Shown piece after piece: positions 46,051-56,218 of a DNA stretch of 64,000 nucleotides. Under the pieces are notes generated by a model. That model made no database searches, was not told the DNA's origin, and was given only the letters and a program-made list of their open reading frames with translations. The DNA is from Candidatus Latescibacterota bacterium. GTDB taxonomy: Bacteria; Latescibacterota; UBA2968. The position numbers were made by a program, and so were the translations under genes. Location of the stretch: NCBI GenBank assembly GCA_965116885.1, contig OZ220741.1:96001-160000 (forward strand), in the 5' to 3' direction. Every line of letters begins with the position of its first letter. Within the stretch, counting starts at the first letter, position 1.

Positions 46051-46114
46051 GATAGCGGTTTTACAACATAAATTTTACTGATCTTGTGACAATTCTATCA
46101 ACAAGATGGTTTCT
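46051..46114 (-). repeat. Dispersed ~62-bp intergenic element, copy B (promoter-like)
   Basis: Aligns with 37743-37804; the minus strand contains TTGATA-N18-TAAAAT around TTGTCACAA. Confidence 0.8.
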
Positions 46115-46289
46115 GTGATGCACAAGATACGTTCTTTTGGGGAGGTTGACGCGATTGGAATAAGAGCCTGCGGATTGCCGAACTTGATCAAAGGATGAGA
46201 GAAAGGTTGGGTGGGTTGAGTAAGGAAAGGATTGGGAATGGGTGTATTACATCTCCTTCTGGTATGTAAGACCAGCCTCTTTCTCGTTT

Positions 46290-47030
46290 TTATTTTCGGC
46301 AAATGACAAAGTGTTCCATCCAGAAATGCCAGATATAATCTACGGATCGAAAGCCCGCCTCTTTTAGCCATTCAACCTGAAAAGAAAAACGAGATATCCG
46401 ATCCCTCTCAGGACTGTCTTCATCTACTTGCTCAATAATCTCACGCACCCGATTCGCCTCTTCAATATCAATCCCAGCTTCTTCGAATCTCTCCTCTCGG
46501 CGAAAATTGAGCCGCCTTCGCCCCAACTTATAAACCTCGTCGTCAAAGCGCGTGGACATGGCATCGATCAAAAAGAACCAGCCGCCTGTCTCAAGCACAT
46601 CGTAAATCTGCCTGAATATGCGGGCCTTATTCTCATCGGTAAGATGATGGACAGTCGAAAACGATGCGACAAACTGAAAAGAGCCCAAACCTTCTGGCAG
46701 CCCCTCATTGAGGTCTCTCTGAAGAAACTCTACACGATCTGAATGCGTGCTCATTTTCTGAGCCGCAAATCTCATCATCTCATCCGAAAAATCGATAGCC
46801 ACACAAGTTGCTTTTGGATATTTCATCAGCACACAATTGAGAAATATACCCGTTCCACATCCCAAATCGAGCATCCGAAATTCCGTCTGGTCATCAAACG
46901 GAATAAAATCCATAGCCAGACTGTGATAAAAATCAAACATCTCAATCCGAACTGGTTGCAAGCGATCATACGCCTCAGCACGGGTTGAGAACTGAACACT
47001 TTGAGATTTCTGATTCTTTTGATTATTCAT
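46290..47030 (-). CDS. Class I SAM-dependent methyltransferase
   Basis: MLDLGCGTG, IDFS, VHHL, GGWF; ATGA overlap with the upstream gene. Confidence 0.92.
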   Translation of the reverse strand: MNNQKNQKSQSVQFSTRAEAYDRLQPVRIEMFDFYHSLAMDFIPFDDQTEFRMLDLGCGTGIFLNCVLMKYPKATCVAIDFSDEMMRFAAQKMSTHSDRVEFLQRDLNEGLPEGLGSFQFVASFSTVHHLTDENKARIFRQIYDVLETGGWFFLIDAMSTRFDDEVYKLGRRRLNFRREERFEEAGIDIEEANRVREIIEQVDEDSPERDRISRFSFQVEWLKEAGFRSVDYIWHFWMEHFVICRK

Positions 47031-48337
47031 TTTCGGCCTTTGTGACAATCTCGATTGATAACATCAAGAACTGCCTTCACCTCACACCACGGAACCTCAT
47101 GGGGCAACCTATCCGACAGAGCGGCTCTGGCCGCACAAACGCCAGCAGCCTGTCCCATAGCCACGGCATTACCAGTCACTCGATAGCTCGAATGCGCTAT
47201 AAAATCACCACTGATACAACGCCCCGCCATCAGCAAGCCATCGACATCCCGCGCAATCAGCGCCCTGAGCGGAATATCATAAGGCTGTGACCGGTGCGGC
47301 TTGGCCTCCACGATCTTCGTTTTTTTCGGATCAGTCGAATGCACATCAATCCCCATCGTAACCCGACAAACGGCATCCTCGAACCGCGCACCCCGCAGAA
47401 GATCCTCTCCCGTCACCTCATATCGCCCGTGAATCCGCCGTCCCTCCCGAACACCAATCTGCGCGCCCGTTGCCACCACGCGCATATCCGACCACACACC
47501 GCCGTGCGCCCGCAAAGCAGCCACCTGCGTATGAATCTCCCGACGCGCGCGAATCATCGCCTCTGTAATCGCATTGGCATCGTCGCATTGCACGCCGTAC
47601 TGGTGATTCGCCATAAGCGCGAACAGATTATCCCTGATCCGAAATAGTGTCGGATGACCATACGAAGGCGAAACACCGATCTCTTCCATCAGCGCGCTCA
47701 GCCTCTGCTTCGGCTCTGCCATAGAGCCGCCCACATAGGGTTCGATCTGATCGAAATGCAACCCCGTAATCAACGCCATCAGGCTCATCGGCTGAACATC
47801 TCCCGTCTCCGGATGACCAACATCAAACCCACACCCACAAAGCGCCCCCAGATCACCGTCACCAGTCGCATCGATAAAAACCTTCGCATGCCACGCCTCT
47901 CGCCCGCTTTTGGACTCCGTAATCACGACCGAAAGCCTGTTCTCGCTATCCCGCGCTGCCCCAACCACGCGCGTCAACAGCCGAATCTCGACACCCGCCT
48001 CGACACACATCTCGTCGAGAAGCAACTTCATCTCTTCGACATCATACGCGTAATTCTTTCCTTCAGGAGCGCGAAGCCTGCGCGCATCCCGTGCATCGAG
48101 CCGAGATGTAATCTCCGCCATAATCCCGGGCTTGTTCGCCGAATCGATAATCCAACTCAACGCACCCGTCGTCCACACGCCCCCCAGGCAGCCGTGCAAC
48201 TCGATCAACCGCGTCCTGGCACCCTGCCGAGCACACGCAATCGCAGCGGTAATACCAGCCGGACCCCCACCACAAACGACCACATCCACATCTTCCACAA
48301 TCGGGATATTTCTTTTTTCTTCTCTATGAGTCAACAC
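47027..48337 (-). CDS. FAD-dependent oxidoreductase
   Basis: VCGGGPAG, FIDATGDGD, GVREGRRIHG, AGRCISG, GQAAG. Confidence 0.92.
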   Translation of the reverse strand: MLTHREEKRNIPIVEDVDVVVCGGGPAGITAAIACARQGARTRLIELHGCLGGVWTTGALSWIIDSANKPGIMAEITSRLDARDARRLRAPEGKNYAYDVEEMKLLLDEMCVEAGVEIRLLTRVVGAARDSENRLSVVITESKSGREAWHAKVFIDATGDGDLGALCGCGFDVGHPETGDVQPMSLMALITGLHFDQIEPYVGGSMAEPKQRLSALMEEIGVSPSYGHPTLFRIRDNLFALMANHQYGVQCDDANAITEAMIRARREIHTQVAALRAHGGVWSDMRVVATGAQIGVREGRRIHGRYEVTGEDLLRGARFEDAVCRVTMGIDVHSTDPKKTKIVEAKPHRSQPYDIPLRALIARDVDGLLMAGRCISGDFIAHSSYRVTGNAVAMGQAAGVCAARAALSDRLPHEVPWCEVKAVLDVINRDCHKGRK

Positions 48338-48350
48338 AGCAGCCTCCTAT

Positions 48351-50273
48351 TCAACAACAATACCTCTCCAACCACGACAACATCCTATCGAGATATTCCA
48401 CATGCAGTGCCGGGTGTCCGCTCCTCCTGAACCCGTGAGACGACTTCGGAAAGCGCACGAACTCCACCGTCTTGCCCTGTCGCTTCAGCGCGACAAAAAA
48501 CTGCTCGGCCTGCTCGATTGGACAGCGGTAATCCTCCTCCCCGTGCATCAGCAACACCGGCGTCTGAACTTCAGATGCGTACGTCAACGGCGACCGCTCT
48601 ACAAGAGCCTCCACATTCTCCAGAACCGAGCCCCGCCACTGATTCTCCCCAAATGACACCCCGATATCCGACGTACCGTACATACTGTGCAAATTGATAC
48701 ACGGAGCACCGACCACTGCAGCCTTGAACCGATGGTCGTGACCGACGATCCAGCTACTCATAAAACCGCCATAACTATAGCCGTGAACCCCCAAGCGATC
48801 CGCATCCACATAGGACCGCTCGCACAGCAGATCAACCCCTGCCATCAAATCCAGAAAATCTTCCCCACCCCAATCCCCCAGCACCATCTTCAGAAAATCG
48901 GGTCCATAAGATGACGACCCCCTCGGATTCACAGCCAGCACAATATAGCCCGCACCCGCCAGAACCTGATGCGTGACATCGTACGAATCCGAGAACCGAC
49001 CATTTGGTCCCCCGTGAATATCCAGCACCAGCGGATACGACCTCGCCTCGTCGAAACCCTGGGGAAACAACACCCGCGCCTGAATCGTCTCTCCACCCCT
49101 TTCGAACACCAACTTCTCCACGCGCGCACCGGGGTGCGCCTTCAAAAACCCGGCATTCACAGCCGTCACCGCGCGTTGACGCTTCTCTCCCACATCCATC
49201 ACCACCACATCGCCCGGACAGACAGGCGAAGACATCACCATCGCGACACGCGCACCCATGCGGTCAACCGACAAACCCGTACAAACCTGACCACCCCCAC
49301 CCAGGACTTCAATCTCCAGGGAAGGATCATCGGGATTCACCCGACACAAAAACGACTCACCCGCCCTATCACCAATGAACAATATCCCATCCCTCGGCGT
49401 CCAGCACCGCGGCGTAAGAGGTTGCACAACCGTATAAATATCACCCGCCAAACACACCGGTGCTTCGTCTTCCCCCAGCACAAACAGCCACGACTGCCTT
49501 GAATCCCACACATCCCCATCGTGCGCTCCCGCAACCACCAACCGCTCTCCATCCGGCGACCACGCCACAGACTCCGCGCGGCTCAACCCCTGCGACCAGC
49601 ACCGCGACCTCCCACTCGCCTTGTCCATCACATGGACCTCTGAACCCCGCATAAAATCGCGCCCCTTGACGCAATCCGTCACAAATGCAATCCGGCTCCC
49701 ATCGGGAGACCACGCCGGTGCCCCGTGGTCGCCTTCCCCATCCGTAATCTGCTCAGCCTCGCCCGTTACAGCATCCACCAGAAACAACTGCGAAAATGCA
49801 TCGCCCCGCCAGCCACCCTCGTCATCGCGATACCGCACGCGACGGGCAACCTGCGTCCTCGGCATCTTCTCCTCGCCATCTTCCACGCGATCTGGATCCA
49901 CGCGCGACACAACGACAAACGCCGAACCATCGGGCGACCACGCCATATCCTTCGCGCCATCGGGAAGCGCCGTCACCTGCCTCGCATCCCCACCATTGAC
50001 CGGCATCACCCAAACCTGCTTTTTATCGTCCTCTCCCGAACGCAAAAAAGCCAGACTCTTCCCATCAGCCGAGAGCCTGGGTGCCGTATCTCCGATCGCC
50101 ATATCCACAGCATCCCCATCCGCAAGCGACTGCACCACAATCCGCGACTCCCGCTTCATCGTCTCCTTGTTGATCTCCTGCCGAACAAAAACCACAGCCG
50201 ACCCATCCCCCGCGATCTCAACTGCCGATACCTCAATCAAATTGTATATATGCTCGGGTTTAATTGGCGACAT
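48351..50273 (-). CDS. S9-family peptidase (acylaminoacyl-peptidase-like)
   Basis: WSPDG propeller repeats, IHGGP, GYSYGG, HGEEDYRC, SHG. Confidence 0.95.
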   Translation of the reverse strand: MSPIKPEHIYNLIEVSAVEIAGDGSAVVFVRQEINKETMKRESRIVVQSLADGDAVDMAIGDTAPRLSADGKSLAFLRSGEDDKKQVWVMPVNGGDARQVTALPDGAKDMAWSPDGSAFVVVSRVDPDRVEDGEEKMPRTQVARRVRYRDDEGGWRGDAFSQLFLVDAVTGEAEQITDGEGDHGAPAWSPDGSRIAFVTDCVKGRDFMRGSEVHVMDKASGRSRCWSQGLSRAESVAWSPDGERLVVAGAHDGDVWDSRQSWLFVLGEDEAPVCLAGDIYTVVQPLTPRCWTPRDGILFIGDRAGESFLCRVNPDDPSLEIEVLGGGGQVCTGLSVDRMGARVAMVMSSPVCPGDVVVMDVGEKRQRAVTAVNAGFLKAHPGARVEKLVFERGGETIQARVLFPQGFDEARSYPLVLDIHGGPNGRFSDSYDVTHQVLAGAGYIVLAVNPRGSSSYGPDFLKMVLGDWGGEDFLDLMAGVDLLCERSYVDADRLGVHGYSYGGFMSSWIVGHDHRFKAAVVGAPCINLHSMYGTSDIGVSFGENQWRGSVLENVEALVERSPLTYASEVQTPVLLMHGEEDYRCPIEQAEQFFVALKRQGKTVEFVRFPKSSHGFRRSGHPALHVEYLDRMLSWLERYCC

Positions 50274-50275
50274 AT

Positions 50276-51421
50276 CTATCTCCCACGCGACGTATAAACG
50301 CGACCGCCCTTGACAACCGCAACCGGCACCAGATTCTGCCGACCCGTCCGAACTTCTCCGCGCGAATCCTCAAGACGAAACGCCCCTTCTCGAAACTCAA
50401 ACACCACAGCATCCCCAAACGCCCCTTTCGCCAGCGTCCCCACCTCACCTTTCATCCCGATAACCTCAGCAGGCACAGACGTCACGCGCGAGATCGCCTC
50501 ATCTACCGACAGACCCAGGTGCAAAAACTTTGTCACCACAGACGCGAGATCGTAAACAGGACCATTTACATTGTAAATATGCAGATCTGAAGAAATCGTA
50601 GTCGGCAGAACATCCTGCGACATCGCCGCCTCGACAATCCCCCACGAAAAAGACCCCGCCCCGTGTCCCACATCAAACACAACGCCTCGCTCAATCGCAT
50701 CCAGAACCGAATCGCGGATGCGACCTTCACCATTGAGAATCCCACACGGAAAGTCGTGAAAACAATGAGTCAAAATATCTCCGCCCTTCATCACATCTAA
50801 AATATCGTCAATCGAATCGCACCACGCATCCTGCGGATGCACCATAATCGGCAATCCAGCCGCGTCTGCCGCCTCTCTCGCTCTGTGCAAAGGCAACATC
50901 CCGGATCGCTCGCTGACAATACTATTCCGCGTCAATCGAACCTTCACCCCGAGAACAATATCGCGGTGCTGTTCAATCATGCGGCAAGCCTTATCCACAT
51001 CCGCATATTCGGGAATCTCGAACTCGCCGATCTCGGCAGTCAGCATACCCTGAGACGAGATATTCATCTGTGCCAAAATCCGCGTCTCGCTCACATCGAT
51101 CACGTACTTCCGGAACCCCGGAAAAATATCTGCACCCGCAGATCCCGCATCGACCACAGTCGTCGCCCCTCGCGCAAGACATGTAGGGTCGGGTTCAATG
51201 CCGAAATGGCTGACACCGGCAAACACATGGACGTGAATATCGATCAGCCCCGGCGTCACCACACAACCCGCAGCATCAATCACCTCGCGGGCATCGCCTG
51301 CATCCAGGTCTTCCCCAACAGCGGCAACCATGCCCCCCACAAACGCCACATCCCGCACGCCACTGAGGTCTTCTGCCGGATCGACCAGCATCCCGCCCTT
51401 GATGAGCAAATCGTACTTCAT
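50276..51421 (-). CDS. Amidohydrolase/deacetylase (dihydroorotase-like)
   Basis: PGLIDIHVH, VDAGSAG, GVKVR, THC, DVGHG.GSF, ISSDLH. Confidence 0.92.
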   Translation of the reverse strand: MKYDLLIKGGMLVDPAEDLSGVRDVAFVGGMVAAVGEDLDAGDAREVIDAAGCVVTPGLIDIHVHVFAGVSHFGIEPDPTCLARGATTVVDAGSAGADIFPGFRKYVIDVSETRILAQMNISSQGMLTAEIGEFEIPEYADVDKACRMIEQHRDIVLGVKVRLTRNSIVSERSGMLPLHRAREAADAAGLPIMVHPQDAWCDSIDDILDVMKGGDILTHCFHDFPCGILNGEGRIRDSVLDAIERGVVFDVGHGAGSFSWGIVEAAMSQDVLPTTISSDLHIYNVNGPVYDLASVVTKFLHLGLSVDEAISRVTSVPAEVIGMKGEVGTLAKGAFGDAVVFEFREGAFRLEDSRGEVRTGRQNLVPVAVVKGGRVYTSRGR

Positions 51422-51451
51422 CGCAAACTCCCCTCTTGTAAACTCCTTCAC

Positions 51452-52234
51452 TCACCCAGCGTGTACGCGCGGCATGATCAGGCGGCGGTTGCGCGCCAGG
51501 GGCAGCCCGGCAAAGGCGCAGCGGTTATTCCACTGATCGACAGCCGCAGCACTTTTGTATTCGTTAATAATGGCGTGACGGCCCCGCTGGGTATAGTTGT
51601 GTCCAGCCCTGTGTACCACCAGCACGTGAATAATCGCCACATCGCCGGGTTGCGCACTCAGAACAACCGGACGTTCGGGAGCGATCAAATCATCTGCAAT
51701 CGTATGGCCCTTATAGGTCGGAAACTCGCCCTCACGATGGGAACCGGGCACCACCTCAGTCGCCCCGGCCTCAAAATCAGTGGGATCGAGATACGTAATG
51801 GCCGCAGCCAGATCTGGAATCGTATGCCGCTCGTACGGCCAATCTTGATGCCAGCTCTGCGCGCAGAAAAATCCGGGTGGTTTATTGCGGATCTTCCCAT
51901 TGTGGAAATCCAGATCAGGCCCCAAAAGATCAACCATAACCGAAACAATACGCGGCTCGGTGAACTGATCGAACCAGTAGTCATCAGCCAGCGTCTGATC
52001 CATCATACCCACAACATTGTTCGGATTAAAAGGATCGGGCTGGTACCCCTCGGGCACCTCCATAAAACTGTAGCGCATATTTTGGGGGCGCCTTTCGGTG
52101 CGGACGACCAGATCGTGGAAACGGCCGCGCATCTCCTTCATTTCTCGGGAACTGTAAAAACCCTTCAGAAAAAGGAAACCATCGTCGTCAAAAGCGCGCT
52201 TCTGCTCTGGCGTCAAAATCAACAGATCGGACAT
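51452..52234 (-). CDS. Phytanoyl-CoA dioxygenase (PhyH) family protein
   Basis: WHQD, VVPGSH, PGD...H...HRAG.N...R. Confidence 0.92.
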   Translation of the reverse strand: MSDLLILTPEQKRAFDDDGFLFLKGFYSSREMKEMRGRFHDLVVRTERRPQNMRYSFMEVPEGYQPDPFNPNNVVGMMDQTLADDYWFDQFTEPRIVSVMVDLLGPDLDFHNGKIRNKPPGFFCAQSWHQDWPYERHTIPDLAAAITYLDPTDFEAGATEVVPGSHREGEFPTYKGHTIADDLIAPERPVVLSAQPGDVAIIHVLVVHRAGHNYTQRGRHAIINEYKSAAAVDQWNNRCAFAGLPLARNRRLIMPRVHAG

Positions 52235-52304
52235 GACAGATCCTCCTACAGAATAAGCAAAGCCAACGTGATGAACAGGTGTTTCGTCAATGAGGATGGG
52301 TTAG

Positions 52305-53267
52305 TTAATGGAGAACGGGCAACAGATAAGCGATGGCGACGCTCACGACCAGACCAAAAGTAATCTTTGCAAAATCGAAAAGCACCATCCGCGACACCTC
52401 CTGGCGGGTGCGGTGCTTCTCGTTCCCTGCAACGGCGATCTCGCGTCCAGCCAACAACCCGACGAAAACCCAGGTCGTGCTCATCGGGAGCTTACTAACT
52501 TCCTTAAACAGAAACAGCACAATGCCATAAATCAAATCTACGAACGTCGCCGAACGGATATCAGTAGTATTCGTCTTCGTCAACACCACCTTCTGGATCG
52601 CACCGCCCTGCGTGTAAAAGATAATGGCTTGCATAGCCAGCATAGCGACGATGGATGCTATGAACCACCCCACAGCTATGTCTGGCGTGCGAGTAATCGG
52701 ATCGCGAGGCAGAAAAACATAGATATTGGCCAGATCCTGTATCAGCCACTGGCTCCAGAGAAAACCGGTTGAACACCACTGCGCCACCACCCACCAGGGA
52801 CTTTTCGGCCCCTCCGTCTGCCTGAAGCGAGACTCTAACCCCCGCGTAACCAGCCTGTAAATAAAGATGGCGGCCACAAAGGCGGTGGCATACCCCGCCA
52901 ACGACTTGACCAGCATGCTCGGCAGTGCCTTCGGCGCAAACACCGTCAGGGTCAAAAAGGTAGTACTAACTGGAATACCCCCGCGGGTCAGCAAGAGCAG
53001 TACAAAAGGCGGAACGCAGTAAACCCAGTTAAAGTAGTCTGGCACTTCAATCGCCGTAAGCCTTCCATACGAGACATCGCCGTCATAGACCACCCACCCA
53101 TACACGAGGACCACAGTCAGGATACCGCCACCAAAGAGCCACAGCACCCACCAGGGACGGTGAGAGTTGGAACTGAGAAACGTCCCCAGCGTCTGAATTG
53201 CGTCGTTGCCGACAATAGAATACGCACCGAGCAAAAAGCCAATGACCATTAAAACTTCCAGACTCAT
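52305..53267 (-). CDS. Multi-pass membrane protein, PiT/PHO4-like transporter
   Basis: Duplicated signatures VGNDAIQ...PVSTT and QDLAN...PMSTT. Confidence 0.7.
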   Translation of the reverse strand: MSLEVLMVIGFLLGAYSIVGNDAIQTLGTFLSSNSHRPWWVLWLFGGGILTVVLVYGWVVYDGDVSYGRLTAIEVPDYFNWVYCVPPFVLLLLTRGGIPVSTTFLTLTVFAPKALPSMLVKSLAGYATAFVAAIFIYRLVTRGLESRFRQTEGPKSPWWVVAQWCSTGFLWSQWLIQDLANIYVFLPRDPITRTPDIAVGWFIASIVAMLAMQAIIFYTQGGAIQKVVLTKTNTTDIRSATFVDLIYGIVLFLFKEVSKLPMSTTWVFVGLLAGREIAVAGNEKHRTRQEVSRMVLFDFAKITFGLVVSVAIAYLLPVLH

Positions 53268-53343
53268 AAATCCCCTCCCTGTAAAGTTATGCCAAATGTC
53301 CATTACCCGAGTCCTGGCAGACATTCAACAAACGATTGTGATA

Positions 53344-54807
53344 TTACGAAATAGAGAAATCAAATTTAACACGCGACTGATCGGATGCAGCGGTAAATGT
53401 AACGATCGCCGTAGTACCTGTAATCTCAACAACTCGCTGTGCGATATCCGTCTCAATCCCAATCTCGAGACCGTTTAGACGCCACACATCCTCTTCAAAC
53501 ACAGCCATATTTGGTGAAAAAATCTCAAACACAAACTCCCGCGGGTGTCCAACCTCTGTCTGCTGTTCACCTCTAATCTCAGCCTCAATCGACAGACGGC
53601 CCGCTTCAGCCTTCGCCGCAACCTGTCCAATATGCCGCAGCGCAAGCCAGCCGGTCGCACCATCTGACATACGCCAGTGGATCGTCGCCGGATGGTATTG
53701 GAAGCTCCGACCAGAATAGCCACCCGAATCCTCTGCGCCGATCATGTAATGCTCATCCAGCCACGCGGTTGCAACGCGCTCATCCGTAATCCGCTTCTCA
53801 ATACTTCGCGGCCCCTCAAATGCCGAGAAAGCAGCAGCGACCTCTGGCGGCGCATCAACCCCGAGAATCGCAAGACAAGGTCCATAATTGAACTCCGCGT
53901 TAATCTCCTCTCCACTCGGAAACGGCGTCACCTCAGGACCAAACGCGAGCCAGATATGCAGACTCGTAAGCGCGGTATAATGCTTCATATCCATCCCATA
54001 GCTACGCGAAAAAGGCCCGCAGAGATTGCCCAATCCCGCGTGGTAATAGCGCGCAATATCCCGCCAGAGTTCTGCCTCCATATACGCGCCCAGTTCGTGG
54101 AGAGAACTGCTCTCCAGATAACGTCGCCAGAAACCGAGCGCGTAGAGATTCACACCGTAGTACGTCGGTGAATTGTACTCCGCAAAAGCATTATTCTGCG
54201 CGAACAGGCGATAGACCTCACCGCCAAACTCCTCGCCGTATAAAACCATCTCATCGTTACCGATCCGCTTCCCAACCCACACGGACATCGCAGCCTTCAT
54301 CAAAGCGATATTCGAATACGTCGGCGGACAGCGATCCGGCGGCTCACCCACAACAGCCATCTCCAAAGACCGGACCATGCGATCAATCAATCGCCGGGGC
54401 AACCGATCCTCATACTCCTCAAGCGCAGTCGCAAACCCAAGCCCGATAAACTGTCGCCAGTTCGGATCATAAGTTCGCCACATCACAGCATCCCCCTCTG
54501 AGGGATGTGGCTCGCCCACATAGCGATAAAAAGTACCGTGGTATGGCGTCCCCGGCTCGTCGAACTGATTATCGATAATCGCATCAATCGTGCGACACGC
54601 CTGCTCAACATCGTCACCCCGATTGCGAAGAAGAAGCCCCACCGCGAACCAGACCGAGTTCCGAACCATCAGCACCGCATCATTCTGGCGGTGAGACCAC
54701 AACAACGCACTATCGGGGTCCCAGAATCCCTCTGACCATTCGAGAGACTCAGTTGCGAGATGTCTCGCATAAGGCGACAGATCGGATAAAGAAATTCCTT
54801 CAGACAT
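53344..54807 (-). CDS. Conserved hypothetical protein (possible alpha/alpha-toroid lyase-like)
   Basis: Long ORF with GGGAG RBS; YDPNWRQFIG, YSNIA, EYNSPTYYG and GPFSRSYG blocks. Confidence 0.65.
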   Translation of the reverse strand: MSEGISLSDLSPYARHLATESLEWSEGFWDPDSALLWSHRQNDAVLMVRNSVWFAVGLLLRNRGDDVEQACRTIDAIIDNQFDEPGTPYHGTFYRYVGEPHPSEGDAVMWRTYDPNWRQFIGLGFATALEEYEDRLPRRLIDRMVRSLEMAVVGEPPDRCPPTYSNIALMKAAMSVWVGKRIGNDEMVLYGEEFGGEVYRLFAQNNAFAEYNSPTYYGVNLYALGFWRRYLESSSLHELGAYMEAELWRDIARYYHAGLGNLCGPFSRSYGMDMKHYTALTSLHIWLAFGPEVTPFPSGEEINAEFNYGPCLAILGVDAPPEVAAAFSAFEGPRSIEKRITDERVATAWLDEHYMIGAEDSGGYSGRSFQYHPATIHWRMSDGATGWLALRHIGQVAAKAEAGRLSIEAEIRGEQQTEVGHPREFVFEIFSPNMAVFEEDVWRLNGLEIGIETDIAQRVVEITGTTAIVTFTAASDQSRVKFDFSIS

Positions 54808-54887
54808 CGCGCATCTCCCTATTCAAATTTGCGTTCTTCATAATATACGCTCTCACTGCAAATCCCTACCGAGAAATTTCCATTGGG

Positions 54888-55592
54888 TTATGACGCCGCC
54901 GCATGTTGCCGCAACACTTCGGCAATACGCGTGAAGCGCATATCTTCGGGAAACTGCGCAAGCCATTCCAGCAACGTCTTATCATCCTCTGTAAACTCCG
55001 CATCGGGATCGGCACCACTTTCCAAAAGCAACTCTACCGTATCGAGATGCCCGTGCCCGCCAGCGCAATACAAAACCGTATGCCCGCGATCATTTGTGAC
55101 ATTGACATCTGCGCCATGCGCGATCAACAAACGCACGATATCCGTATCGCCATTGCGCGCCGCGTGATGCACAGGCTGATCGCCGCGACCATCTACTGCC
55201 GTCGCCAGATGGGGATGCCTGTTGAGCAACGCCTGCACCCGCGCTACATCAGCGAGAAAAACAGCCCCCAGGAACTGCCGCGACAAATCATCAGTCGGAC
55301 GGACATGGGGATCCAGAGCACCGTATTGAATAAGCAGCGAAACAATATTTTTATTATCCGGAACCTCACCAGCGTAATGCAACACATAGCCATCGTGAGC
55401 GGACAGATCGGCACCCGCCTCAATAAGCAGTCGCACAATATCCTCATGTCGCCACAATCCCGCATGAAAAATTGGCCGCCATTCGTATTCATCATCCGCG
55501 TCAACCACAGCGGGATCGGCAGCAATCATTTCCCGCACAGCGTCGATATCCCCACGCCTGCATGCATCGTGAATTGTCGATATATCACTCAT
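54888..55592 (-). CDS. Ankyrin-repeat protein
   Basis: PIFHA...LLIEAGAD, PVHHAARNG...LLIAHGADVN, TVLYCAGGHG...LLLESGADPD. Confidence 0.93.
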   Translation of the reverse strand: MSDISTIHDACRRGDIDAVREMIAADPAVVDADDEYEWRPIFHAGLWRHEDIVRLLIEAGADLSAHDGYVLHYAGEVPDNKNIVSLLIQYGALDPHVRPTDDLSRQFLGAVFLADVARVQALLNRHPHLATAVDGRGDQPVHHAARNGDTDIVRLLIAHGADVNVTNDRGHTVLYCAGGHGHLDTVELLLESGADPDAEFTEDDKTLLEWLAQFPEDMRFTRIAEVLRQHAAAS

Positions 55593-55595
55593 CGT

Positions 55596-56183
55596 TTATC
55601 TCCGTCTATTCAAGAATTCTTCGAACTCATTCATACTGGTCACCCCTTCTTCTAACACAGCCCGGTAAATATCTTGACTTGAAAAGGACCGCCGATACCC
55701 GGGATCTTGCCAGCATTGTGACTTGATATCGAGGATATTCAGACGCGTCTCTGGCGTTAATCGTCTGGTCAGATCAGCCTCGTAAGCAATCGCCTGTTGG
55801 TATTGGTCTCCATTCAGTGTCCAGATATCAATCTTCCAATCCCCTCTGCGCTCATCTCCCAGATAAACACCCCAGTAAAGCCCCCTTGGAAGCCCTTCAG
55901 TCTGACCAATCCGTTCATTGCGAAAATGCATCTTCACAGGACAAAGGGTCGCAGCAATCTGTCCCCCGAGATGAAAAAAGCGCGTTTCCACAATCTCATC
56001 AGCCTCCAAATAGATATCCAGATCTCTCCATGTCATCAGTTGCAGTACATAACTACCCGCTATATGGGGAATGCCATATCTCTTCAGAAGGCTTAGTAGG
56101 CCCTTTTGATGAAGAATTTTATCCGCTTCGCGACGAATCAATTGGTCGGTTTCTATTAAATTATTGGACACGTTCACCCTCAA
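55596..56183 (-). CDS. Hypothetical protein with Pol-beta-type nucleotidyltransferase motif
   Basis: IAGSY...RDLDIY...WKIDIW (GS, DxD, D). Confidence 0.7.
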   Translation of the reverse strand: MRVNVSNNLIETDQLIRREADKILHQKGLLSLLKRYGIPHIAGSYVLQLMTWRDLDIYLEADEIVETRFFHLGGQIAATLCPVKMHFRNERIGQTEGLPRGLYWGVYLGDERRGDWKIDIWTLNGDQYQQAIAYEADLTRRLTPETRLNILDIKSQCWQDPGYRRSFSSQDIYRAVLEEGVTSMNEFEEFLNRRR

Positions 56184-56218
56184 TTATTTGTGTGATTAAC
56201 TTGCAAGCTGCTCATGCG

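Noticed and set aside
46140..46290. Purine-rich plus-strand tract and a 98-aa ORF
   Set aside because: No periodicity, structure or coding signal I can support.
33677..47030. Classical integron
   Set aside because: No tyrosine recombinase in the window and no repeated attC with R''/R' boxes; kept only as a cassette-like array.
50837..52363. 508-aa plus-strand ORF
   Set aside because: Antisense to two well-supported genes; no recognisable domain.
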